This document shows, piece after piece, positions 1 to 9,473 of a stretch of 64,000 nucleotides of DNA; the stretch's first letter is position 1; each line of letters opens with the position of its first letter. The notes below the pieces were generated by a model that was not told where the DNA came from, searched no databases, and saw nothing but the letters and a program-made list of their open reading frames with translations. This stretch comes from Shigella phage vB_SdyM_006, in the sequence record MK295204; one strand, written 5' to 3'. A program made the translations under genes and the position numbers.

Positions 1-2046
1 TTATAGATCCTTTGGTTTTAAGTTATCATTTATAATTTTAACTTGTTCTGATGTTAATTCCGGTAAGTTAAAAATATAATAATACAATACAGGGTATTTA
101 TCGCGAATATTGTATTCGTTAGATTCAAAAATAGTTTCTGCTTGTAATTCTATTTTTTGTAATTCATCATATAATTCTGGGTCAGAATACATCGTAACAC
201 GTTTTAATTCATGATACTGACTTGGATTAATTTTGGGTTTATAATCTTTAATATTAGCAAGGTCTTTAATCCATGGTAATTTTTTAATTACATCACCATT
301 TAAAAATTTAGTTGAGTAATTAACAGGGATAGAATACGCTGTTAATTTTGCTTTTTTAATCTTTTCAGATACCAAATCTATAGCATTTGTTTCTTCGCAA
401 TAACGATATGCGGCTGGACGTATTACATGGATTTCTTTTATATCTAGATATTCACAAATTTTAACAGCCAAACGTTCTGCAATATATTTTCTATTATCAG
501 GTGAACATATAATGCTATTATCAAATGAATACAACACCGGCCCTTTTATTTCTCTGACTTCAGAAGCTGTCATAAATTTATCACGTTTAGAAAAATATTT
601 GTTCCATTTATCTTCTACTAATGACCATACTTGAACATTAGAAGCTTTAGGACGAGCTTCAGCAGGTTTTACTGATTTATACTTCTGTCTTAGTTCTGAT
701 AATTTATATAGTGTGACATCTTTACCCATAAATTCATTAATTGAATCTATAGCATATGTATCAGTATCTTTTACTACAACACATAATGAGTCAACACGAA
801 AATCAGTTGTCATGCCTCTAATAGTAGAAATTTTATTTTTACCTTTAGCGTCATCAATGATAACTACTAAATTGTCTACAGAAAAATTAAGGACTGAACT
901 TATATTCTTCTTATATTTTGTTGCTGTCTTGTATTGACCAATTCGTACTAATTTAGGAGCATTGCAAATATAATAACCTTGGAGTTCTAAGTTTGGAAAA
1001 TCATTATACTTTTTAACTAAGCCTGCAATTCGACCAAACTTTTCAGAAGAAAACCTTTGAGTAATATATGTGCTTAATGTGTATGGCTTATTATTAACGT
1101 ATCTAAGTAAAGCACGTTCGTCGTCAAAAGAATCAATATCCTTTTTAATTTCAGCAAATAGTTTATCTGTAACTTCTTTTATACGAGTTTTAATATTATT
1201 AGTTGTTTCTTCATCATAAGAAATTTCTTCACGAGAAGGAGCAATATCAAGTTCGCCTAATTTAAAACGTACAAATAACTTTTTATCATAATCTCTTAAG
1301 ACACGTATTCCAGAAAAATCGAAATGTTCACTTTTTAATGGATATCTAATTTTGCCCATAATAGCATAGACTTCAGTTTTATCATAGGCAATACCAGATT
1401 CACTAAAGAATGCTTCTTTATTAGGTAAATATTTAACATCTAATTGTTGACCAATAAAATTAGGCTTGATATCACAGAAAGTAGCAAATACGTAATGTGC
1501 TTCACCATACCATTTAGAAACATCTTTTTCTAAAACAGGAACAGTGACTTCTAATCCAGAAGGACTATCATCTTCAACATCAAATGTTGGAATTAATGAA
1601 GGTTCACCATTGTCTAAGCATGCTGTATATCCACGAGCTCGACCTTCAAAACGAGAAACAATAGAAAATGTTTCTGTATATCCAAATGGAGATTTAGAGC
1701 CAAGACCTAATGCTCCAATAAAATCGTTTGAATCAGATTTTGTTGATTCAAAATATGTTGTGTACATATGTGTAACATCTTCATCTGATAATCCAGGACC
1801 ATAGTCTCGAATAATAAAACGTGGGTCAATAGCAGAAGGAAGTGTAATGTCAAATGATTTAGTGTGCCCAGCTAAAAGATGAGCATCTGCAGCGTTACAA
1901 CTCAATTCACGAATAATTGCTCTAATCTGATTTGAATATAAGTTTTGTGATAAAACTTTAAATGCTTTAGCAGACGTGGCAATTGTAAATTTAGTGGAGC
2001 CTTTTTGGCTCCCTAACATGGTTTCATTAGTATTATGTAACTTCAT
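1..2046 (-). CDS. rIIA: rIIA protein (membrane-associated, GHKL-ATPase-like N-terminus)
   Basis: 681 aa; N-terminus MKLHNTNETMLGSQKGSTKFTIATSAKAFKVLSQNLYSNQIRAIIREL and DFIGALGLGSKSPF match remembered T4 rIIA; first gene of T4-type map; ATG at 2044-2046. Confidence 0.85.
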   Translation of the reverse strand: MKLHNTNETMLGSQKGSTKFTIATSAKAFKVLSQNLYSNQIRAIIRELSCNAADAHLLAGHTKSFDITLPSAIDPRFIIRDYGPGLSDEDVTHMYTTYFESTKSDSNDFIGALGLGSKSPFGYTETFSIVSRFEGRARGYTACLDNGEPSLIPTFDVEDDSPSGLEVTVPVLEKDVSKWYGEAHYVFATFCDIKPNFIGQQLDVKYLPNKEAFFSESGIAYDKTEVYAIMGKIRYPLKSEHFDFSGIRVLRDYDKKLFVRFKLGELDIAPSREEISYDEETTNNIKTRIKEVTDKLFAEIKKDIDSFDDERALLRYVNNKPYTLSTYITQRFSSEKFGRIAGLVKKYNDFPNLELQGYYICNAPKLVRIGQYKTATKYKKNISSVLNFSVDNLVVIIDDAKGKNKISTIRGMTTDFRVDSLCVVVKDTDTYAIDSINEFMGKDVTLYKLSELRQKYKSVKPAEARPKASNVQVWSLVEDKWNKYFSKRDKFMTASEVREIKGPVLYSFDNSIICSPDNRKYIAERLAVKICEYLDIKEIHVIRPAAYRYCEETNAIDLVSEKIKKAKLTAYSIPVNYSTKFLNGDVIKKLPWIKDLANIKDYKPKINPSQYHELKRVTMYSDPELYDELQKIELQAETIFESNEYNIRDKYPVLYYYIFNLPELTSEQVKIINDNLKPKDL

Positions 2047-2258
2047 TATTCACCTTTAGTATAAACTTTTTTAGTATAAACTTTATTTAATTCCCAGATA
2101 CATTTTTCGATACTATGTCCTTTAATATAATATTCTATGTCATTAATAGAAACTTCTAAAATATAGTATATTAAATCAGGATAAAAGCCAACAGAATAAA
2201 CCGGAGTTAATTCACCTTTATAAACTTTCCCTTCAATATCAATTCCAATATCAGCCAT
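2046..2258 (-). CDS. hypothetical protein (rIIA.1 position)
   Basis: 70 aa ORF, ATG start, 1-nt overlap with rIIA start; identity by position only. Confidence 0.4.
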   Translation of the reverse strand: MADIGIDIEGKVYKGELTPVYSVGFYPDLIYYILEVSINDIEYYIKGHSIEKCIWELNKVYTKKVYTKGE

Positions 2259-2267
2259 AATTCTACC

Positions 2268-2498
2268 TTAATCAAAAAAGTCTTGACGTTTTTCTAGTAG
2301 TTTACGAGCACCAAATAACGCATCTTCGATAGTAGTACCAAATTCTACCACGCATTCTTTGTTATCATTATAGACTTTAACTTCATATCCAATTAATTCG
2401 ACATAAAACGTCATCATTTCATAAATGGGAAGTACGGAGACTTCCCGTACTTTTCCTTTAAACCAAAAACCAACTTCACTTGTCATGATTTCATCCAT
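2268..2498 (-). CDS. hypothetical protein
   Basis: 76 aa ORF, ATG start, overlaps stop of topoisomerase gene (translational coupling). Confidence 0.35.
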   Translation of the reverse strand: MDEIMTSEVGFWFKGKVREVSVLPIYEMMTFYVELIGYEVKVYNDNKECVVEFGTTIEDALFGARKLLEKRQDFFD

Positions 2499-4306
2499 TC
2501 TTTTCTAAGCTCTGCATTATCACCAAATAACATTTCAAAAAGTTCTTTATAATTATCAGGCAGCTCAACAACGTCGTATACCGGTTTTTTAAGAACACGT
2601 TCGTATTCTTCAGAAGTTAATGACGCAAGCCCTTTAATATATCTAGGAGAACTCCAACCTTTTAATTTCGGTTTTTCTTTTTCGTATTCTTCAGCATTAT
2701 AATACCATTTTTGTTCTTTACCTTTTTGGATAATAATTAAAGGTGTTTTACAAAAACGGATTCTTTGTTCTTTATACAGTTCTGGCCATTTAGCAAAAAA
2801 TGCTAATAATGAAGGATAAATTGAACCTTGGCCATCGACATCGGCATCCGTCATAATAGCTATATTATCATACATTAAATTTTCAGGTTTTTCGCCAAGA
2901 ACAAGTCCTGTAATAGCCATGATATCAAATGCTTCTTTACTAGCCATAATATCAACATCTTTCATACCCCAAGTATTTAAAAATTTACCACGTAATGGAT
3001 AACCACCTTGTGTATCTTGGTCTCGAGATGTTAATAATTCATTTAAAGCAGAATCACCTTCTGTTAAAAACAGAGTAGTACCAGTTCCAGGTTTTCCATA
3101 TAAGTTAGCTTTAATATGTTTTGCAACTTTAGCCTTAGCAGCTTTTTTTGCTGCTTTTGTAGCCGCAGCCTGTTCAGCAGCAAGTTTACGTGCTAATACT
3201 GCTTCAATAATTGGCATTAAAACCGCTTCATTTCTCATTAACTGAGAAGCTAATTTTTTAACGTCAATATCGACATGGTTTTTAACTTCACCCCATGTAT
3301 TTGATAATCGTTCTTTTGTTTGACTATCAAACTTAAGATTACTCATATCACGAACAAATAAAAGTAGTGTCAAACATTCTTTAATTCGAGCTTTTGTGAT
3401 ATCAATTTTAAACTTACGCTTAATCATAGGCATAAGTTCAGTACATAATTCGTCCATCAACCAATCAACATGAGAGCCACCTTTTTTAGTATGGATATTA
3501 TTAACATAAGAGATATGTCTGAATCCATCAGGTGAGCGTCCAATGGCGACAGAGCAATTAGTTTGGTCTAAGACAATAGATTCTTCATCAAACTGTTTAG
3601 AATACTTCTTGAAGTTCCCTACGACTTTCTTACCATTAAATTTAAATTCAATATCAGGAAATACAACAGCTAGTGTCATTAAACGGTCAAGTGTCACATT
3701 TTTATATACATCAGATAAACTTGTATCATCAAAATGTTCAAAATCTGGAACAAATTTTACTTCTGTTCCGTGATAAGATGCTTTTTTAGTTTTCCATGAA
3801 ATATTTTCTGCACCGTCAGTACAATTAACTGTAATTTCTGTTTCGCCATTACAAGTCACACCAACAAATAATGTAGAGAAAATATTTGTTAACGCAGAAC
3901 CAACACCATTCATCCCACCAGTTTTACGTTCCGAGTCATCGCCAAAATTACCGCCAGCTCGAGGACGTGTCCATGCAGCAACAGGACCTGGGATTTCATC
4001 ACCTTCAGGAGTTAAGACTAAAGCCTGTGGTAATCCGCGACCATTATCTTTAACAGTTACAGTATCATTTTCGATAGAAACTTCAATTTTATTAGCGAAT
4101 TTAAAATTAGTTCTAATAGCTTCATCTACTGAGTTATCAATAATTTCGTCTATAATCTTAACAATACCAGGAACATATTTTATAGTGGTATACTCACCAA
4201 ACAAAAATTGTTCATTATTTTCTGATGATGAAGAACCAATATACATCCCAGAACGTTTAATGATATGTTCACGGTCACTTAAAATTTTAATTTCGTGTTT
4301 ATTCAT
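2483..4306 (-). CDS. 39: DNA topoisomerase II large subunit (gp39 with gp60-equivalent C-terminus fused)
   Basis: 607 aa; MNKHEIKILSDREHIIKRSGMYIGSS, GyrB-like ATPase motifs (DNGRGLP, GGMNGVGS), close to remembered T4 gp39; continuous ORF covering the region split into 39 and 60 in T4. Confidence 0.85.
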   Translation of the reverse strand: MNKHEIKILSDREHIIKRSGMYIGSSSSENNEQFLFGEYTTIKYVPGIVKIIDEIIDNSVDEAIRTNFKFANKIEVSIENDTVTVKDNGRGLPQALVLTPEGDEIPGPVAAWTRPRAGGNFGDDSERKTGGMNGVGSALTNIFSTLFVGVTCNGETEITVNCTDGAENISWKTKKASYHGTEVKFVPDFEHFDDTSLSDVYKNVTLDRLMTLAVVFPDIEFKFNGKKVVGNFKKYSKQFDEESIVLDQTNCSVAIGRSPDGFRHISYVNNIHTKKGGSHVDWLMDELCTELMPMIKRKFKIDITKARIKECLTLLLFVRDMSNLKFDSQTKERLSNTWGEVKNHVDIDVKKLASQLMRNEAVLMPIIEAVLARKLAAEQAAATKAAKKAAKAKVAKHIKANLYGKPGTGTTLFLTEGDSALNELLTSRDQDTQGGYPLRGKFLNTWGMKDVDIMASKEAFDIMAITGLVLGEKPENLMYDNIAIMTDADVDGQGSIYPSLLAFFAKWPELYKEQRIRFCKTPLIIIQKGKEQKWYYNAEEYEKEKPKLKGWSSPRYIKGLASLTSEEYERVLKKPVYDVVELPDNYKELFEMLFGDNAELRKEWMKS

Positions 4307-4320
4307 TATGTCTCCTTGAT

Positions 4321-4659
4321 TTAAGACGGCATCTTATCAAAAATAAAAACATAAGCATTATGTTCTTCTACCGAAAATGGTTTAACAGAAACTTCTAAAT
4401 ATTTTAAGTCTTCTTCATACATATAAGCAGAAAAATCTTTTATATCTCTTAAAGAATGTTCTTGATGTTTAAGAAGATCTCCTATTAATTTAGGATTCTG
4501 GTCCCAAACTTTAACTGGTTTTCTATATACATGAGTGATTCTAAAAGGTCTGTTATCTAACATCCATTGGTATTTGTTGAAAAGCTTCCACTGTTCAGTA
4601 TATTCTGGATTTAATCTATATAAACAATTTTGACTTAGTTCTTTTGCTGGCACCCACAT
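4321..4659 (-). CDS. hypothetical protein (goF position)
   Basis: 112 aa ORF, ATG start; position downstream of gene 39 as goF in T4; no motif recognised. Confidence 0.3.
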   Translation of the reverse strand: MWVPAKELSQNCLYRLNPEYTEQWKLFNKYQWMLDNRPFRITHVYRKPVKVWDQNPKLIGDLLKHQEHSLRDIKDFSAYMYEEDLKYLEVSVKPFSVEEHNAYVFIFDKMPS

Positions 4660-4673
4660 ATTGTCTCCATACT

Positions 4674-4694
4674 AAAAAGGACCCGAAGGTCCTT
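4674..4694 (-). terminator. intrinsic terminator hairpin (GGACC-UUCG-GGUCC plus U-run on minus strand)
   Basis: aaaaaggacccgaaggtcctt; 7-bp stem, tetraloop, A-run on plus = U-run after hairpin on minus; sits between two minus-strand genes. Confidence 0.6.
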
Positions 4695-4707
4695 AATTCA
4701 GATTAGA

Positions 4708-5100
4708 TTAGAAAAATGCTTCTAATAATTTACAAAGAGATTCTGCTTGTTCTTTTGTTTTAACTTCTAGATTCAATTTAATACTTTTACTAGAGACTTC
4801 AGTCACATCATCTTTTGGTTGTATTTCTAAATGAGAAGAATTATCTAAAGAAACACAGTATTTGTCTAAATCAAAATCAGATAGTACATAGGTGGGATAT
4901 TCTTTTGAATCAAAAATATAACCGCCACCCCAATAAAATTTTTCACATGAAATGACTTGGTCATAATCACGAAGAAATGGTTTTTCTATAAGGTCATTAT
5001 CAATTACATACTTTTTAAAATCTTTAGAAGCTTGATGATTTTTATTACTGGTAAAATCTAAAAATGCTGACATGGATTTAAATCTAAAAGTTTTAAACAT
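4708..5100 (-). CDS. hypothetical protein, member of 3-copy tandem paralog family
   Basis: 130 aa; shares FKFKS-like N-terminal motif and LLxxIEK-like C-terminus with the next two ORFs. Confidence 0.45.
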   Translation of the reverse strand: MFKTFRFKSMSAFLDFTSNKNHQASKDFKKYVIDNDLIEKPFLRDYDQVISCEKFYWGGGYIFDSKEYPTYVLSDFDLDKYCVSLDNSSHLEIQPKDDVTEVSSKSIKLNLEVKTKEQAESLCKLLEAFF

Positions 5101-5102
5101 TT

Positions 5103-5531
5103 TTAAGCCTTTTCAATATAATCTAAAAGTGTATTAATAAGTTCACGTGCTTCTTTAACTGATGTCACAGAAGATGATATTAATAATTCCTTTTTAGGTG
5201 TATCAGATTCTTTAAAATCACTTAGTTCTAAATATTCTAGAATACTCGAATCTAACTGAGACCCGATCATAGGAAAAACATAGCTTTCTTCGCCGAAATC
5301 GTCAAAAACTTGCCCATTAGAAAATACAAGTTTTAAACCTGGTAAAGGATCATCAACATTAGCTTGCTCTAATTCATAATCTTCAAAATGGAAAAGTTCA
5401 AATGGGGTGTCAAATAAATTATGATAATTAATAAACCGGATAAATCTTTGTCTAACTGGGATATCATGTCGCTCATAATGTCTAATCAACATATCAGAAG
5501 ATTTAATTTTAAATTTACCTAAACTAGTCAT
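5103..5531 (-). CDS. hypothetical protein, member of 3-copy tandem paralog family
   Basis: 142 aa; MTSLGKFKIKSSD... ...LLDYIEKA. Confidence 0.45.
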   Translation of the reverse strand: MTSLGKFKIKSSDMLIRHYERHDIPVRQRFIRFINYHNLFDTPFELFHFEDYELEQANVDDPLPGLKLVFSNGQVFDDFGEESYVFPMIGSQLDSSILEYLELSDFKESDTPKKELLISSSVTSVKEARELINTLLDYIEKA

Positions 5532-5533
5532 AA

Positions 5534-5947
5534 TTATTTCTCGATAAAATCTAAAAGTTTAATAATTAAAGCCTTTGCATCAGCTTTAGTAATAATAGGG
5601 CTGTCAACTACAATACCGTGACTTAAATTTAATTCAGCAGGACATATATAAGTGAGCATCACTGGATTTAAACGTGTGGCATTGTTTTCAAGATTAAAAA
5701 TATAGTAATCTAAATCTGCATCAGTAAATACCATGCCGTTTTCAAAAACAACTTCAATATCATTCAAATAATAGTCTTTAGATTCTACAATTCTAATATT
5801 AAAAGCAGAATCTCTAAGATTGTTTGACACTAAAAACTCGGCAAATTTAAGTCTTGAGATATTAAAAGTTTCTGCTCCAACATAATCTTTAATACTTTTT
5901 TCTGATTTGAACTTAAAAGTTCCTAGGTCTTTAATTAATTTGCTCAT
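5534..5947 (-). CDS. hypothetical protein, member of 3-copy tandem paralog family
   Basis: Track ORF 5534..5965; start moved to in-frame ATG at 5947 (AAGG Shine-Dalgarno, ATGA overlap with upstream gene); ...LGTFKFKSEK... ...LLDFIEK. Confidence 0.45.
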   Translation of the reverse strand: MSKLIKDLGTFKFKSEKSIKDYVGAETFNISRLKFAEFLVSNNLRDSAFNIRIVESKDYYLNDIEVVFENGMVFTDADLDYYIFNLENNATRLNPVMLTYICPAELNLSHGIVVDSPIITKADAKALIIKLLDFIEK

Positions 5948-6885
5948 AATACGGCCTTTGCCCATTTAGAAGTTTTGGATTTGATTTGTTGATTCAACTC
6001 ATCAATAACAACACACATTAAGTCTTTGTCATTAACCAGTTCATATTCAGGTTTACTACGATAATTCAGCCATAATGTATCGATTAAACAGTTAATAACA
6101 TCAGCTGCTTCACCAGTAGCGCATTCATCAACTTCATCTTGACGAAATGTAGCTTTAGAATATTCGCCAACTTCTTCTACTAAGTGTGCAAATACAATTG
6201 CTAAATCACGTTCAGGTGCTTTAATACACATTTTAACAGTTGGACTAATGTCTAAAATGGGTTCACAATCGAAAGATTCAATTGTCATTTTATCTAGCTC
6301 TTTTTGGTCTGCGTATTGAACAATGCTTAAATGTGTTAATTCAAAAAATTCTTTTTCGCGCTTATTGTATTGTTCTGTTCCAAAATCACCTAAATGGGCA
6401 AATGACCAAAACATTTCACCTTGGTTGTCAAAGTATTCGCCATTTAGACTAATAGATGTAGGATGACCATCTTTATCTGCTTCCAAAATAGTTAAAGTGT
6501 TAATACCTATTTTTGAATATTTTGCATTTAAAATAGGGTATAGCTCCTTTTGTTCACGTGTAATTTGTTGTGGAAGAGCTACAAAAGTATATGTACGTCC
6601 GGCCTGAAGTAATTTACGACGTGTGAATGCTTGTGCTAAACTAGATTTTGATAAAACACACCAAAACTGGTCTTTTTCATAGTCTTCTAATTCAATAATT
6701 TGATTATTGACAAGAATTTTAGACGCGCCTTCAAAGTCAATACCGTTTTGATTTATAGAAACGGTTTCTAAAATTTGAACTTCCATATTATCAAATAGCT
6801 CAATTCCACGTTCTTCTAAAATGTGTGAAAACGAACCAGTTGAAGCAGAAGAAAGATTTAATGTATATAATGCACCGTTATTCAT
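5944..6885 (-). CDS. hypothetical protein with C-terminal MazG-like NTP-pyrophosphohydrolase motif
   Basis: 313 aa; C-terminal segment LAIVFAHLVEEVGEYSKATFRQDEVDECATGEAADVINCLIDTL resembles MazG EExxE/ExxD helices; N-terminal 220 aa unassigned. Confidence 0.4.
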   Translation of the reverse strand: MNNGALYTLNLSSASTGSFSHILEERGIELFDNMEVQILETVSINQNGIDFEGASKILVNNQIIELEDYEKDQFWCVLSKSSLAQAFTRRKLLQAGRTYTFVALPQQITREQKELYPILNAKYSKIGINTLTILEADKDGHPTSISLNGEYFDNQGEMFWSFAHLGDFGTEQYNKREKEFFELTHLSIVQYADQKELDKMTIESFDCEPILDISPTVKMCIKAPERDLAIVFAHLVEEVGEYSKATFRQDEVDECATGEAADVINCLIDTLWLNYRSKPEYELVNDKDLMCVVIDELNQQIKSKTSKWAKAVL

Positions 6886-6889
6886 AATA

Positions 6890-7105
6890 TTATCCTCTTA
6901 AATTTTCAAAAAAGAACTCAGTTTTAGCATCAGTTCCAGTTGAACTGATAACACGTGTATAAACTTCAACGACTTTATTGTTTTCAAACACATAAAGATT
7001 TGTTAAATGAATCATATGAGAAACACAAGATTCTTTTTGGGTCACAGACATTGTATTTGAATATAAAACATCTTCAAATTGGTCACGACTAATTTCGATT
7101 TTCAT
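6890..7105 (-). CDS. hypothetical protein
   Basis: 71 aa ORF, ATG start. Confidence 0.3.
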   Translation of the reverse strand: MKIEISRDQFEDVLYSNTMSVTQKESCVSHMIHLTNLYVFENNKVVEVYTRVISSTGTDAKTEFFFENLRG

Positions 7106-7152
7106 TATAAACTCCGTTGTATTTGTTTTGATGTTTGTATAGTACTAAATAA

Positions 7153-7173
7153 AAGAGGTCTTGTAAACCTCTT
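7153..7173 (-). terminator. putative intrinsic terminator hairpin
   Basis: aagaggt-cttgtaa-acctctt followed by T/A-rich runs on both strands; intergenic after dexA stop. Confidence 0.4.
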
Positions 7174-7180
7174 TTTTGAA

Positions 7181-7861
7181 TTATTTTTTAATTGATACAG
7201 GATCGATATCTTGTTCGTCTGGGACTTCTTCTAATCCAAGAGCATATCGTTCTGCAGTTTTAAGCATAATAATGTCTTTAGCACAGTCATGAATAGAGTC
7301 ATGCAAAACAAACCCGTTTAAAACACCTTTACGAATAGGACACATTGTCATATCACGGTCTAATAAAAGCTTTCTAATAGAAGTTCTTGTGTCATTTTGG
7401 TTCCAGAAAACAATGAATTCTTTTTTAAATGTATCAATATCTTCGATCTTAACACCAGAATCAAGTTCACGTTGTGTTATCATGTGTTTTAAAATTGGAA
7501 AGTCAAAAGACATACCACGAGAATATCCTTGAGACTTCCAGAAATCAATTCCTTGAGAGTCTAAATATTCTTTTAATATATCTAAACCTTCATTAATAGA
7601 CACATCCTGTGGGGACCTGGCTAAATTCTTTTTAGCTTCTTGTGATTGTCCTTTCCACCATTCAACAGTAGATTTATAGAAAACTCTTTTTCCTTTTTGT
7701 GAAGCCAAATCAAATTTAATTCGGAGACCACGTTTAACTAAATCTTCAAACGATTCAACTATAGTTGGGTCTGAATTAAATGTTATAATAGAAAGGTCGA
7801 TAACAGCCGAATCTGGCTGATTACCAAAAGTTTCTAAGTCAAATACAAAATCAATTGCCAT
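7181..7861 (-). CDS. dexA: exonuclease A (DnaQ-like 3'-5' exonuclease)
   Basis: Track ORF 7181..7951 begins at an upstream alternative start; in-frame ATG at 7861 gives MAIDFVFDLETFGNQ (DnaQ exo motif I), 1-nt TAATG overlap with dda stop; T4 order dda-dexA. Confidence 0.7.
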   Translation of the reverse strand: MAIDFVFDLETFGNQPDSAVIDLSIITFNSDPTIVESFEDLVKRGLRIKFDLASQKGKRVFYKSTVEWWKGQSQEAKKNLARSPQDVSINEGLDILKEYLDSQGIDFWKSQGYSRGMSFDFPILKHMITQRELDSGVKIEDIDTFKKEFIVFWNQNDTRTSIRKLLLDRDMTMCPIRKGVLNGFVLHDSIHDCAKDIIMLKTAERYALGLEEVPDEQDIDPVSIKK

Positions 7862-9183
7862 TATATATACCACACATTTTTCTGAGCACGAGTTGTTCCA
7901 ACATACAATAACTGTGAAGCAACATCGACTTCTGCATATTTTATAATACAAGGAGTATAAAGAAAACTATTTTTTACAGTAACACCTTGTGCCTTATGAA
8001 TTGTACTACATGGTATTGGTTTAACTTTGGAAAATGCATCTTTGATTTCCCAGAAATCATCCCAATAAGCACGCCCATTTCCTGATTTATATTGTTGGGC
8101 AACTTTACCTAAAAACATCCAAAGTTGAGTCTGGTTTTCTTCACCATAAACAACGTTAATGTAATTCGTTGTACCTTCGTCAATAGATTGAACTTTTAAA
8201 AGAAAATATGGCAAACTGATTTTAAAATCAACACCACGACATTCTAGTTTACGGTTCATTTCTTTTATTTCTAGAACTTGTACAACTTCGCCGTTATTAA
8301 AGATGATTTCTTTCATCTTTTTACCTTCAAACTTAATAGTTTGCATAAACGGCTCTTGCATTACTAAAGATTCACCCACAATAAATGGTGCTTCAGACTT
8401 ATAAAAATTCTTACGAATGATCTGGTTTAATTTGTCAACAGATTTATTTGTGTATGCAAAAAATCTATTATCAAAAAAATCTTCTTGACATTTAATTTGC
8501 TTAAAATAATCCAGCATCATATCACGTAAAGACGATGGGTGGAAAACGCCTTCTCCATTCTGGATGTTTTCTCGAATCCACCCACCATTTCTAATTTCTG
8601 TAGCAACTTCAATAATAGGTTGATTAGAACGTTTTACTTCTGTTAGATGCATTTGTTTAAAACGCTGATCTGTAAAAAATCTTGATACACCTGGATCGTC
8701 TTGTGGCTTCAACTGGGCTTTATCACCAATAGCAATAACAAGAGTCCAAGGCATAATATTATTCATTAATAACTCAAAAAGCTTAGTGTCATAAAATGAA
8801 GCTTCTTCACAAATAAGAACACGAATTTTATCTAATTCTGGAGCCTTGCGTTGTTCAAAAATACGGTGCTCTTCGTATGTGACTGGGTTTATTTTTAAGA
8901 TACTATGAATTGTAGAAACTTCTCGGCCTGTAAAATCTGCAAGAACTTTTTTAGATGCGTGTGTTGGTGCAGCTAAAACAACCCCAGGAATACCTTCTTG
9001 TTCAATAAAGTCCATAATAAACTTCATTAACAAACTTTTACCTGTACCTGCAGGGCCATTAATAGTTAAATGCGATACTTTAGCTTTCCAATTTGATTCT
9101 TGTTCATAAGCTTGTGTTATTAAATCTGTCGCACATTCATACGCTTCCCTTTGACCTTTTGTCAAGTCGTCAAATTCAATCAT
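7861..9183 (-). CDS. dda: Dda DNA helicase (SF1)
   Basis: 440 aa; HLTINGPAGTGKS Walker A, AAPTHASKKVL, STIHSILKINPVTYEE match remembered T4 Dda. Confidence 0.85.
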   Translation of the reverse strand: MIEFDDLTKGQREAYECATDLITQAYEQESNWKAKVSHLTINGPAGTGKSLLMKFIMDFIEQEGIPGVVLAAPTHASKKVLADFTGREVSTIHSILKINPVTYEEHRIFEQRKAPELDKIRVLICEEASFYDTKLFELLMNNIMPWTLVIAIGDKAQLKPQDDPGVSRFFTDQRFKQMHLTEVKRSNQPIIEVATEIRNGGWIRENIQNGEGVFHPSSLRDMMLDYFKQIKCQEDFFDNRFFAYTNKSVDKLNQIIRKNFYKSEAPFIVGESLVMQEPFMQTIKFEGKKMKEIIFNNGEVVQVLEIKEMNRKLECRGVDFKISLPYFLLKVQSIDEGTTNYINVVYGEENQTQLWMFLGKVAQQYKSGNGRAYWDDFWEIKDAFSKVKPIPCSTIHKAQGVTVKNSFLYTPCIIKYAEVDVASQLLYVGTTRAQKNVWYI

Positions 9184-9473
9184 ACTATTTTCACCCTTTT
9201 AACATAAAGTGTATCTAACATTCTCTTATAGAGTGTCGTCAAATATTCCGGTTTGTTGATTATTGTTTTTTCCTCTCGTTTAAACCAAAGGAATCGATGA
9301 TATTTTATATTGTATTTTGGTTTAAGCTCTTTAGAAAGATATTCTTTAAAACGTTTAAAGGCCTCATTAGAGAGACCTTTTGTTTTATATATCATTAGAA
9401 CTTGAGTATCAGGGTCTTGACATATAACATCAAATCCTGAAGAGTCTTTGTAGACTATCGCATAATAATACAT
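9180..9473 (-). CDS. hypothetical protein (dda.1 position)
   Basis: 97 aa, ATG start, ATGA overlap with dda. Confidence 0.35.
   Translation of the reverse strand: MYYYAIVYKDSSGFDVICQDPDTQVLMIYKTKGLSNEAFKRFKEYLSKELKPKYNIKYHRFLWFKREEKTIINKPEYLTTLYKRMLDTLYVKRVKIV

Noticed and set aside
713-937. Plus-strand ORFs from the track (e.g. 713-937, 1544-1804, 3543-3773, 13708-14262, 61119-61592)
   Set aside because: All lie antisense within well-supported minus-strand genes, lack convincing Shine-Dalgarno/ATG context and have low-complexity translations; treated as shadow ORFs
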